Source: Lingula anatina
Taxonomy: Eukaryota > Animalia > Brachiopoda
Length of the DNA stretch: 64,000 bases
Direction of reading: 5' to 3'
Assembly (NCBI GenBank): GCA_051362555.1
Contig: CM120644.1
Coordinates: forward strand, 12,608,567 to 12,672,566
Positions 1 to 13,086 of this stretch are shown piece by piece. The position numbers and the translations under genes are program-made. Position 1 is the stretch's first letter. Each line of letters begins with the position of its first letter. The notes beneath the pieces were generated by a model. That model was given only the letters and a program-made list of their open reading frames with translations. It was not told the origin of the DNA and searched no databases.

Positions 1-3000
1 CTAAAGTTTCCACCCTGCCTTGGTCCACTGAATGCAGAACCCGAGAATGTGGTGAAACTGTGGGAACAGAAAAAGAGAAAACAGAATTAAATATTCCATT
101 ATGATAATAACTAAATTTCTCTCTCTGGCTGTGTTTTTTTTTTTTTTTTTTTGATCACTTAATCTGTTGCTTTCTATGTACACAAATCCAGGTCCTGGAT
201 AATAATTTGTTAATATTTCCCTTTAGCTTTTAAGTCTGCAACTCAAGGGAATTAGCATATAAAATATACTAAAATATCGATTAATAAATTACTGTTTTGC
301 TGGAATGGTACCAATAACACATTTAATGGAAATATCCACCCCTGTATACTTCACAGATTGTTAAATATTCTGAAACACAAAGGCATACAAGATGCAATAA
401 CTGTCGGATCCCCAAACCATGTTTGTACTTTATCCCTTTGAACCAAGCATCATATTTGTGATATATATATATATATAATTATTATTGTATCTTAGTACAC
501 ATATTTTATCTTTCAAATAAGTTGTAACATCAGGAAGATATTCTACCAGCCTTAAAAATTATATAATTTATCAAATCATCTCTCTATCTAATCGTGTGTG
601 CATTTAGGTACATCGTTTGTGGTTTATATCCATATTAGGTGTATAATGTTAAAGGGATAATAACTCTTCGTTTTGGCCAAAAAATGAATTTTCCTGGAGT
701 AAACAACAATTTTCCCATGCTTACCAATGGTTAATGAATCCATTTTTACATTCAAAGTTAGTCCCTGTTTTTTTTCTAAAAAGTTTGGTTTTTTGTTAAA
801 ATCTCTTAAGAGATTTTAACGGAGTATAGCCATCAATGGAGGTCACGTGGTCTGAAGACAAGCTCAGATATCAGAATAATAGCTATAACTGCTGTTTTTT
901 GTCGTAAAACAGATATATTATATTTCTGTGAGTTATTCACAATGTTTTTATTGTGAAATATAGACCTCATACGAAGAGTTATTATCCCTTTAAGCCAACT
1001 ACAACTTGCCCCCTCTCTCTCTCCTTGTATGTGTATGTGTTGACAAACATATTCCATGGACAGTCTCTCTCCTCAAGGTTTTATTTCAAATCCAGCTTTT
1101 CAGCTATCATACACTGGTCTTCTATGCTGAAGTCTTCTACATTTATAAGTGTTTGTTCTCTGCTTATGGGGCAAATCTTGCTTAATCAATCATTTCCCTT
1201 GGGGCTGTTGATTTTATTTCTGCATCCTCTCAAAATTATCTTCATATTTTAATCTTTTTAATTTTCAAAGTTTTACTGAAATCCTGCTAAATAAAATCCT
1301 GCTTAATAAAATAATCAAATTCAACTGCCACAGTGTAAAGCAATCATCTTCTCTAACACACCTGAGCTCTGAATGTGCATCAGAAGAAGAAAACACTGGG
1401 GCACAACTAACACACTGGCAGTATATCCCGAGTATTGTAACTCCATGTCTGAAATATATCTTACTCATCAAATGTACATTAAATTATATACCCTCAGCTT
1501 ATGAACACACATATACTGACAAAGCATTAACAGTGGGCCCAAAAAGTTGGCAGAGAACTTATAATCCTGGAAAGGGAAAAGGGGGAAAAACAAAGTATCG
1601 ATCCAGCCAGGAGTATTGCATAACATGAATAACCAGAGTCAAGCTGTAGTGGCAGTACAGTCTTACCAGCATGTCTCTTCATATCAGTGATATATTCATT
1701 TATGGCTTAACCTGTCAGTCAAAGTGTTGTGGGTGTAGCATTTCCAATGTTTATCAACAGTCTTTGAGACTAAATGATTCATTTTCTTAATGAGATGCAG
1801 TATAGACCACTTAGATATTGTCCATGTTTCAAAAATATTTTAAAAGAAAATGCCAAATTGAATGTTATTTACATTCACAGCTGCTTTATTTCAATGGATT
1901 ACTACAGACATAAACAGGATCAAAGTGGACTTATAAATTCAGTCATTATGTTAACTGTTTAATGCTTTGCAACAGCTTACCCAGAATGTCAGTTCGTCAC
2001 CTCAGTTGCCTAGCAACAGCTTACCCAATATATCAGTCCTTGTCACCTCAGTTGCCGAGAAACATGTTCAACAGAATTTCAGTCCATGTCACCTTAGTTG
2101 CTTAGCAATAGCCTATCCGAAGTCTCATTTCCTCCTGGTTGCCAAGCAACAATTTACCCAGAATTCCTGTGAAAACCTCTGACTTCCACTCACCTCTGGT
2201 TGTCAGCTTGTTGCACCTGTTGACCTCTACTTCCTGGCTGCCTCTCTCTATGAGAGAACAGCCCCTGAGATCCAAAGAATGGGCTGTCTGCAATGCTAGA
2301 TTCTGGTTGGTTGAAATGCCTCAGAAGAGAGGGGATATTGAGGCCATGGACAGTATGGCGGTGGTGGTGATGGTGATACGGGTTGCGGCGCCTGCGTCTA
2401 CTGTAAGATAGTGGTGTGTTACCCCACAGAAATCATAACAAAGAGAAAAGTCTCACAGAGGACATTGCAAGAAGAAATGGTGCTGATGAAAACAATTTGT
2501 TTATTAATTATTATGAACAGAGTTGTGAGATCAATAAATGAAAAGGAAAATGACCAGTCTATTAGATAGATAATTTTTGAAAGTTTTACTTTTAATTCTT
2601 TTTGTGAGCTTGAAATTATTTTAAAAAGAAAAAAAAAAATGAAAGTTAAATCTACTGATTAATTTTTCAATATTTACTCAAACATATAAATCTAGGGTAA
2701 ATCTGTTGGTCAGATAAAATATGAGTGTTAGTATTTAGCAAGATAATCCCATTTATAAATGCACAGATAAGATAGTGGTATAAACAAGGTGTTAGGTTAT
2801 ATCGATTTCACTAAAGAAGACAACGCAAGCGATGATTTAATTTGAGGGTGGGAAGCTGGGATATTTCTTCGGCCAAACAGGTTTGCCCAATGAATGAGGG
2901 AAATAAAATATTGCGGCACTAGAAACAGGAGGAAGAATACTTGAAGTGATTTTTTACATGCATAGAGAATATCATCAGGACATTTTAATATTGACTTTTT

Positions 3001-6000
3001 TTAGGGGGCAATACCTTGCCTTGGCCAGATATGTGTGGGACTGAAAACTTAATGATGAAAGTCACAGAATGATTGTCAAAAGGCATTACCAATGAAAGAA
3101 AGGCACTGGTGTGGAATCTTCACTCTTTATAAACTACACATGTGAGCATTCATAGACATGCAAAAGAGGACAAATGACCAAGATGCAGTGGGGAACACAA
3201 CAGAAATCTATCTACACTATAAATGCCATGACTGCACATCAACACCATTTAAACAGTTCTAATCTAGACTGAACAAGGCCATAAAGAAAGTTCATGACGA
3301 CATCTATTCTAACAGAAACAGCTCAATGCAATGAAGAGAATATTACTAATTTAATAAAATCTAGAGAGAATGTTTATTTTAATTTTTTTTACTTTGAAAA
3401 ATGACTCGGTGTTTGTTGACATGACTCGTGCAGTTTTGAGAGGAAGAGTAGATTGGTGTGGGAGGGGGGGGGGGGGGAGAGGGGAAAGGGCAGAGATGAC
3501 AGTGTAAAGAAGATACAGTAACAGTATACTTCCACCTTACTGGTACTTTAGATTTGTCTACTGTTTAAGCGGGTACTTCCTAAAAGGCTAATCCAGCTAG
3601 TAAATTTGACTTAATCTAAGACTCGTGTGAAAGCAATGAAATATCCTTTATGTCTTGATATTAGTTATCTAGGACTGGGCTGTCTGAAATATTTTCTTTC
3701 GCATTCAACGCCAAAAATTCCACTGAGATGTTCCTCCTACAGCCTATTGAATCTACAGCACATTTGAAAATTTGACAATAAAAATGAAATGACTATAGGT
3801 CCCACAGAATCACTGCAAGGGAAATTTTTAATGAATGAAGCTAGCTTTGAGTGATGAAGACTGAATACAAATGCATCTGTCTGCTTCAGACGTACAGGGG
3901 TTTTCATTTAAGCACGGAAGTTGCACCTCCAAACCCAAGCACTGGATTCAACATTTAGTTTTACATTTTGCAACCGAAGCACTAGATTCAACATCTAGTT
4001 TCATATCTCCCAGCCTAAGCAATGGATTCTGCCCAAATACTCATCAGTTTATCAATACATATCCTATTTGAATGTTGTGATAACATAAATTTTTTAAAAA
4101 ATCTGATCCCTATTTATCTTTATAACTGCAGTTTTGTCTGAACTTCTGCAACCTTTTCTTATTACCTCAAGTTTGTTGCCAACATTCTACAACATTTCAA
4201 ATGATATCGATAATATATATAAATTTCTTTCTATGAGTTAACTGTCAACAATGTCCCTGTCATAAACATTTTCACTGCCATCAAGTGTCATTTTAGTATG
4301 TATATATGTAAATTTAGTAAAGGGGAAAACTAAAAGAGAAACAATAAATACATAACCACAAGACTTTCACTTAAATTGCAGCAGAAATTAATTTCATTCC
4401 AAAACAACAGGAAGCCAAACTTTGTGGTTTATCACACTGCATGATGTGCTGTGAATGTCGAGTTAATGTCCGTCTACCATCTCCAATAAAACATGCATAA
4501 GTCAACAGTGAAGTACTTCAGTCATGTATTTTCTTAAGATACTGTTGCTAAAGTTAAATACAACGCAGCATGAATGGGTTCTTAACCTTAGCAATACTTC
4601 AATAAATTAAGTATATAAGCCATGATGTTACACCAAAATTACAAAAATAAAAAGATAATAACTATAATAGTACAATTTCATGATTCATTGGATTTTTTTC
4701 TGAACCTTTTTTCTTGATAATATATTCCCATTTCATTTTCAATGCTTCTTGTCAAATAAGGTTTCAGTGAAAACAAAAACCAGTGAATCATTGCACATTT
4801 CTAACATTTCATTCCCCTATATATAAAGAAACAGATATTTAAAACAAAATAATAATAATAATAAAACATGCAATATATTGTATATAAATAGAACCAGTAT
4901 AAACAACAGTAAGACAGCATTCATTTCCATGACTACCAACCCCCCGGTTACTATGGTAACAGCAAAGGCTTTTCATAAAAACTGTAACCGTGACGACTAT
5001 CATGCCCACTGTAGCTAGCAATGGAACACTGAATATTAATATTGCTTGTTGGTGTAGGTTCAATCCCCATTCTGTTATTAACCAAATAATGCAGCGGGGG
5101 TATTAACAACCCTTCACACCAATGCATATATTGCCCAATAATAGCCATATCTGTTGCCGCAAGTTTGTCCAGAAAGAATCAAATTTTATCTCCAATGAAT
5201 AATATAGTTAGTAATAATATATGTATACCAATGCTCAAACATCTGGTTGAGGCCACACAATAGTGAAAATGTGCCTTGGCCCTTCTGACAATTCATTTGA
5301 CCAGATAATTATATTTACCTGTCTGGGTAATATATTCATAAGCAAGGGTATAAAAAGTGTTTCTTTCTGAACATTTTGACAACACTACACCAATTTGATA
5401 AGCCATATAACAGCTGTTACTATTCATCTGTGTAAGACTCTTGCTACTACGGTATACTGTGTACATATCGTATTTTCGTAACTTTTTAAAAATTTGGACA
5501 AATATGAAATAAAATGCCTAACAAATGATTTTTTTCAGACTTCCATTCCACAAGCCTTTAAACTAATTTAAAGTTTATAATTTGATTCTACTTATATTTT
5601 TAACTGCATTCTTATTTATTGTAGTAGCAGGAGCCTTTTTTAAACTGACCAGGGGTCAGTCAACAGGTACTCACTTTGACCCTCCGAACCCCGCAAAGGG
5701 GTCCATGTCTCCTCCCATGAAGCCGAAGCTTGGAAAGCCTGGAAATGAATTTTGGAACAAATCAGTACGGCGATCTGTGCGATTTCTCCCCCTCTGCTGT
5801 CTGCCTCCAATCCCTGCAACAACAAGCAAACATATTGATAGATGGCGCTGGTGCATTGCATTGGGCAAGAAAAACACTGTTAGCATGGGTATTGCTAGTT
5901 GTGAATACAGATTCTGTGATGAAACGACCACGAATTTTAGAGTGTAAAATACTTATAAGTAATAGATAAAATTAAAAGCAAATAATTATAATTTAATAAT

Positions 6001-8741
6001 TTTTTTAAAAAATCAAGCTAACAGAAGTACCAACTATAAGAAGCAAAAAACATCCAACATGTGGCAAATAACATTAAATATACAGTTAATAACATTTAAC
6101 ATTAAACACTGTGACGATCACATTAGCAAAATATTAAAAAAAATAAAATCAAGCTTTGCCAATGCTTTACAAAGTCATAAAGGATCATTTTATACAACTT
6201 GGAAAAATATTCTACTTAGTTTACTTATTGTAGTGCATCAAATGTTATAACCAATATTTCAATATATCTCACAGTTCTCTATTCATATTTGACAACAAAT
6301 GACAACAGTCACTGACAAGTCTAAAGCATGGTATTCTGTATAAAAGCAGCTACCAGTTGCACCCTTTTCAGCAAAACAATTAAACTAAGTGAATTAAAAT
6401 AATAATAATAATAATAATAAAAAACTCACCAAATGCCATGCTTATCTTAAAAATACTTAAAGCAATAATAACTCTTCGTTTCGGCCAAAAAATGAATTTT
6501 CCTGGAGTAAACAACAATTTTCCCATACTTACCAATGGTTAATGAATCCATTTTTACATTCAAAGTTAGTCCCTGGTTTTTTTCTTAAAAGTTTGGTTTT
6601 TTGTTAAAATCTCTTAAGAGATTTTAACAGAGTATAGACATCAATGGAGGTCACGTGGTCTGAAGACAAGTTCAAATATCAGAATAAAAGCTATAACTGC
6701 TGTTTTTGTGGTAAAACAGAATATATTATATTTCTATGAGTTATTCACAAGGATTTTATTGTGAAATATAGGTCTCATACGAAGAGTTATTATCCCTTTA
6801 AATATAAACCAATACTTTCATTCACTGACAGAATACAAGAACTATTTCACCATTATTTACTATATATTCCTAATTGTGTGAATGAAAAAAATAAAATTTC
6901 TTTCCCAAAGGCTAGGATACTCTGGTATAGTTCAAAATGGTTTTAAAATTCATTTGAAATGCTGACATTTAATGTTTTATTCATTATTTCTTACTGAGTT
7001 CGTTAAGTACAAACACTTTGTGTTTAAACATATCATTCAATTAGAGGGATGAATAATTCAAAACTAATTTAAAAGAGACATTGTAAGTATTTTTTTAAAA
7101 CTTGCCACTGAAAATAAGTAAAAAATTCTGACTCAAATGATTTAAAGCTAGAAGTGTTGGTCCAGAGAGAAATTTAAATTTCTTTTTATAAGTATTTACT
7201 TGAGTTTATTTTCAAACCTTGACATGGACCCATCTTCTTAGTTATACATGTTAGGTGAACTTTTTAACATTTTAGTACAAAGCAAATAATTAATTCCTTT
7301 CATCTTCCCAGAAAGCCATGGGCCATATGGTAATAGGTGACAATTAATACAAAAGTGCTGTTAGCAAACCCATTACTTTCCAGCTTGGCTTGTAAATATG
7401 AATTACCAAATAAACAAGCATTCCTTTTGTCCATCACCACTGTTAGTCATTTAATGAGCTGATTTCTGAATTAAGTAAATAAAAAATTTGAGCAATTTCT
7501 GTCACTAAATGAAAAGTAGAAACAAACACTTCCATAATGTTTTGATATCTCAACATAATTCTAGTGACAAAATATTCACAAACAAAAAACATAGTAGTCC
7601 TGACGCTTGAGGGAAAATGGTCAAATGTACTGAGTTGGGAAATCCAGCCATAATGCAATTTCCACAGATATATCTCACTGCATCACAGACAGTATAGTTA
7701 GTGGTAATTTGATCATTCATAATGACAAAAAGTCAGAATTGTGCAACAACACAACAATTTTACACTCCTTACTCTGGGGAGTTGGGGCCCTGACTTTCGG
7801 TCTACAGACATCTCGTGTCTGAACAAGACTGTGAGTCATCTACATCTATTCTATATATTCATGCAGGTATGCCAGCAGCATTTTGTAACCTGTACCAAGC
7901 ACTTGTTTAACTCTGGCTGCTCCTCCATTGTGCTAGATAGCTAGCTGGCGAATTTTTTCTCTCTTTCAATTTTTTAAAAATATTCTATCTTTACTCTTAT
8001 TGCTTTTGCCTTTGAAGTCTCTAGTTTAGTCTAGGGTTATCAGTGAAGTCGTCATTTTCAAAACAAAACAAATGATGAAGTTTTGCCAAGTGCAAAAATG
8101 AAATCTTGTTGAGAATTGACTTTTCTCTGTATAAGGATTTTTCTGCTGACTTGACCAACTGTAGTATACTCTTAAAATTCCTTCTCCCTATATTACCCTT
8201 TAACTCCACCATATGATGCCAGATGGAATAGATCTTGCTGACAATCAGCATTTTTTTAATTGTGCAGAAAACACTGCAAAAAATTCTCATTTAAACCAGC
8301 CTGTTGATAAAAAATCTCATCAGAAAATTTAAGTGGAAAAAAACAACAATTATTTAAATTATCCATTAAACCCGAACATAAAGTTCTCATAATAGAGAAC
8401 CATTCCTTGGGGGGGAAAAAAACTTAAGTTTCTAAGTGAAATATATGTTTAGTGTATACATGGCTTTAAAAAAAAATGACAGGAGGTTTACCTCCGAAAA
8501 AGTCTTCGAAAGGATCTCGGCCCCCGAAAAATTCCCGGAACACTTCCTCCGGATCTCTGAATGTGAAGTGGAACCCAGTGTCATAGCCTCCAAAGTCAAT
8601 GTCTGCGTCATTGAGGCCGTCCTTGCCATATCTGTCATACAAGTCACGCTTCTTAGCTGAAAGAGAAAATGATATTCGTAAGTTAATATAGTGTATTAGG
8701 GCTGCTATTTCAGAAACAATTATGTTGCACTAGTTATGAGC

Positions 8742-8783
<42 letters not shown>

Positions 8784-11700
8784 GTCAAGACAGTGGATAA
8801 CTGAAACTGTATTCAGATGAAACACTAGAGTTTTGGTAAAAATGACTATAATTACTTTCTGATCTTTTACAGATTTTATATGCATAAACCAGTTAAAAAG
8901 ATGCACTGAATTTTCTCATTTCTGGCAATCAGCTGACCTTTTCTTTATTACACGTCAAAGGTGAAGATGAACAGTGTGACATTAAGATATAAGTCTTACG
9001 GTACATTAGAATTATACTTAATGATTTTCAACATTTTGATAGATTTCTCAAGGTAAAGGAAGAGACACCTGGAATTTTCAATTAGAAAAACTGTTAGTGT
9101 TGGGCTAGAGGGAAGAAATGTTGACTTCTACCCCTATTAAATTAACCTGGAATGTGCCAGATGATGAAAAAAAAAAAAAGGTTTCCACTCCAGGCAGAGG
9201 AGATTCTGAAGTATACAGTGGCTACAAAAAGGTCATAGGGAGAGCCATGACTGAATTAACCCTCCAATATAAAACACAGGCCTCATAGAATACCATAGTG
9301 TGAAGGCTTAACTTGGTGCATTTTGTTTCACCAGTCTATAAGCTTACAATTTGTGACCACAATAAGCCAATCCAATCCCTCTCTTGTACCGACCAACAGC
9401 TTCTGGATTGAGGTAAGTCACCTGTATATGGGTTGGCTACCTTTGGTTACAAATCACAATCACACTGTCCTTTCTCATTGTATGTTAAATTCATTTTTTA
9501 AAAGAACCTAAAAAGCCACATAAATGGCTAATAACCATTAGAAGTACTGTTAGATCAATCAGCTAGCTTGGTGTCATAGATTGGACCAAAACCTGTCTAG
9601 ATATAATTTTGTCTTGACACACCAACAGGTCAGCATTAAGATATACACTTTTGACCCCTTATTCTACTTTTTTTTTGTAAAATAAAGAAGAACGAAAAGA
9701 ACTGTTTTTTTCCAATAGAACTAAGGGTATGAGGGCATATCAACACAATACGTGTTTTGTGTCAACACTGTAATGTATCAGAGAAATTGTATGGTTATAA
9801 AAAGAGTATATTCAATAGTACCAGCAGATCATTTTGGTGCAAAGTTTACCTCCATGTAATATATACAGGTAAAACTAGTGGTTTATAGGCTGTGCTGAAT
9901 ATCAAATACCTTTCCCTGCAGTAAAATTCATTCAACAGGTTCAAAATAGTGCACTTAGTCTAGTATCTCTCTCTCCCCCCCTCTCGTTGGTCTTAAAGGG
10001 ATGAATGCAGCAGGCTGATGATATTCAATCCAGGCTGACAGACTTCATCCATGTTAATAGTCCTCCTTTCATGATGACGTCTAGTCTTCCATTCAGGATG
10101 AAAGTCCTCCATCCAGGCTGACAGTCAACCATCCATGCTGACAATCCTCCATCCATGCTGACAGTCCTCCATCCAGGCTGACAGTATTAACATTCAAGTC
10201 ACTTCAGAGGTAATTTCACTCACTTCTCATTAATAAATACCTTCTCAGTAAATTATGACTGTCTTCTGGAAGACCCACAAGATCATTTACCTTTACCATG
10301 AACCCCTTACCGTCTGATAGTACTTCATATGCCTCTGAGATCTCCTTGAACTTTTTCTCTGCCTCCTCTTTTCTGTCTGGGTTTTTGTCTGGGTGCCACC
10401 TTAGGGCCATTTTCTTGTAGCTGGAATAACAACAACACCTAGACAATATTGTATATATATTACTAGTAAATTTGTCACAGTAAATTCTCCTTATCGGCCA
10501 AACATATGTGTCACAGTAACAATTGCAATCAATGAAGTACCTTCACAAAAGATTTCCAGAACCTCTGTGACTTTGCTTCAAATCCTTCTAAAGCTGAGTG
10601 CATGAATATAGAAACAGGCAGCAGGAGAGAAAGCTCATCTCTTCCACACAGATCAAATCCATTTCCATTACATAAAACTTCCAGGTATAAAAATAAACTT
10701 GGACTTCGGGAGTATATTTCAGCATATTTATTCAAAGATGCCATCAAAAGAGCACCTGGTTGGAGATATGGATATAATGGATGTATTTACTTTGGGAAAC
10801 TACACTGGAGACTGGTATTATAATAAAGCTGTTCTTTTTTTCTTTTATTTATGAAAAGTACAAAGATAAAAACATAGACAAGCATTTACTCTACGATGGT
10901 AATGTTTGTCTGGTAATGTTTCCCCTGTCTACAGAAAATAATGTGTTTCTTGATTTTTGTGTCATTACTTTTTTAAAACTGCCAGTCCTTAATGGCTACC
11001 ATAGTAAGCTCCATGAAATCAACCTCATCCTTATCAATCATGGGGAAAAAAAAAACACTTTCATAACTGAACATTCCATTTTGCTACCATACAAAGCACC
11101 ATCCATTGTTAAGATACGTCACAGAATTGGCTCTTACACCAATTGTCTACAGAAAAGAAATTCCAACAACAAGCAATAAAAGCAACATCAATTTCATTTC
11201 ACCATTACAGAGGTACCATTACGGTAACCACAGTTCTGAGAAATTGCTATAAATAACCAAGTAAACTGCAAATTGCAAGCACTGCATGTGCAAATCACTG
11301 AAGCACTGCAAGAGGTTTTGGAAATGTCAACTACCACATGTATGAGAGCTGAATGTTCATTTCACATTTAGGTGAATTCTGTAAAACTGGCTTGAAACGT
11401 GTTGTGGGGTTCACACTCAAAGTACTGTTCACATCAGGTTCATCTTACACTTGAAATCTAGCAAATCATAAGAAGACTGTAATAAAAGAGATAGAACTGT
11501 GCCTAAGACCCACTGCAAATCAGTCAAACATATGCCTTGAGATATGACTTAAGAAAAGAGAGGCACAACCATGTTCAAGGAGCCCCCTTTTTTCCTGTTA
11601 GAGCTCACTGTCTCAACGCAGTGTTTCTGTGTTACTGCCATTTTCAACATCACAAGTCAACAAAATCTGATTCTGGGCAAGGGAACACACACTTGGTTTT

Positions 11701-13002
11701 TGGTGGGACAACCTAATCTCCCTTTTCTCTCACATAGTAGGTCTGGGTGGCCATGGGGAATGCAGTAAGCAGTTCCAGGTGGGACAACCTAATCTCCCGG
11801 TTGTCCCACACATAATAGCCTTGTTATCCTTTTCAGACTTTGGATATGTCCACTACACTACTAGTATGTAATCCGCTCCCCATGATGACACAGTTAAGAA
11901 TATCATCTTGTCAAAGCTGATCCTGATGTGAACACGTTTCACCTTGAAGCACATCCCCAGCTGATGAAATCAATCACCAACAATTTACATGTCTGTGTTA
12001 CTGTGGGATTGGTGTCTCACACAGCGTGGATAACATAATAAGGCGGGTTAACACTGGTGGAAGTTAGACCTTACTGACTATACCATCCATCTCAGCATGC
12101 TAATTTTAGACAAACTCACTATATGTTGAAATCAAATGGTACGGGTCTCACCTCCATTAAAATGGAGTTCTATGTACTAGTAGGTAGCAACAGAAATAAA
12201 ACAAGGCAGCAAAGCTGTCAAATGTACAGACAAAAAACAGAAAATAAAGATGCAAAAAAGGTCATTTTGTTAATTTTGATGCAATAATAAATAATGCTTA
12301 TAATAGCACTGTCAGTCAACACTGAATTTTATAATCATGCACAACAGGTAAAATGGTCAATAACATGAGCGGACCCAGAGATATTCTCTGACAGTATTCC
12401 AAAGTATCTATTTTGATCCATCCTCCATTTTGATGGTCTTCCAACAGAAGAAAAAATAGATACCAGGCAATATAAACTTAATAACCTGACTGTCTTCCGG
12501 AAGTCCCAGAAGATGGTCTCAATCTACCCTTTCAATAAGATTACAGTTTCAGGACCATGAGAGTTCAAATTCACATGATGTAAGTCTCAATATTTGAAAA
12601 ATGATGACAGTGCATAAAATAATATTACATAAGTAACATAATGTTTAAAGACATAAAAAACAATACAACTGCTTATGTGGAAAAACAGAAATGTCAGAGT
12701 CTCAGGTGGATGAGAGTTTAAAGTCACAAATGCAAGTGTTTGAGAAAAAATTATAAAGGAAAACATAACAAAACTAGAAAAGCACTCCGAGAGTGCAGAC
12801 CTCTGCCAAGGTAGCAATTGTTGATTATTATTGATTTTTGTCCTCTTTGGCCCACTTCTGACAGTTCCTGAAAATTTCAGCAAAATCGGTCCATAACTTT
12901 TTGAGTTATGTTGATGACAAACAGGGGTGAAAATATAACCTCCTTGGCAGAGGTAAATATAATTCCAATGAAGCTGCTATTCAAACTTTTAATCTTTCAG
13001 TT

Positions 13003-13086
<84 letters not shown>

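Noticed and set aside
7773-7818. Possible minus-strand micro-exon (29 or 46 nt) with a GTAAGG donor in DNAJB6
   Set aside because: Neither length preserves the frame between the flanking exons, and the longer form has a stop. A poison exon cannot be excluded but is unsupported.
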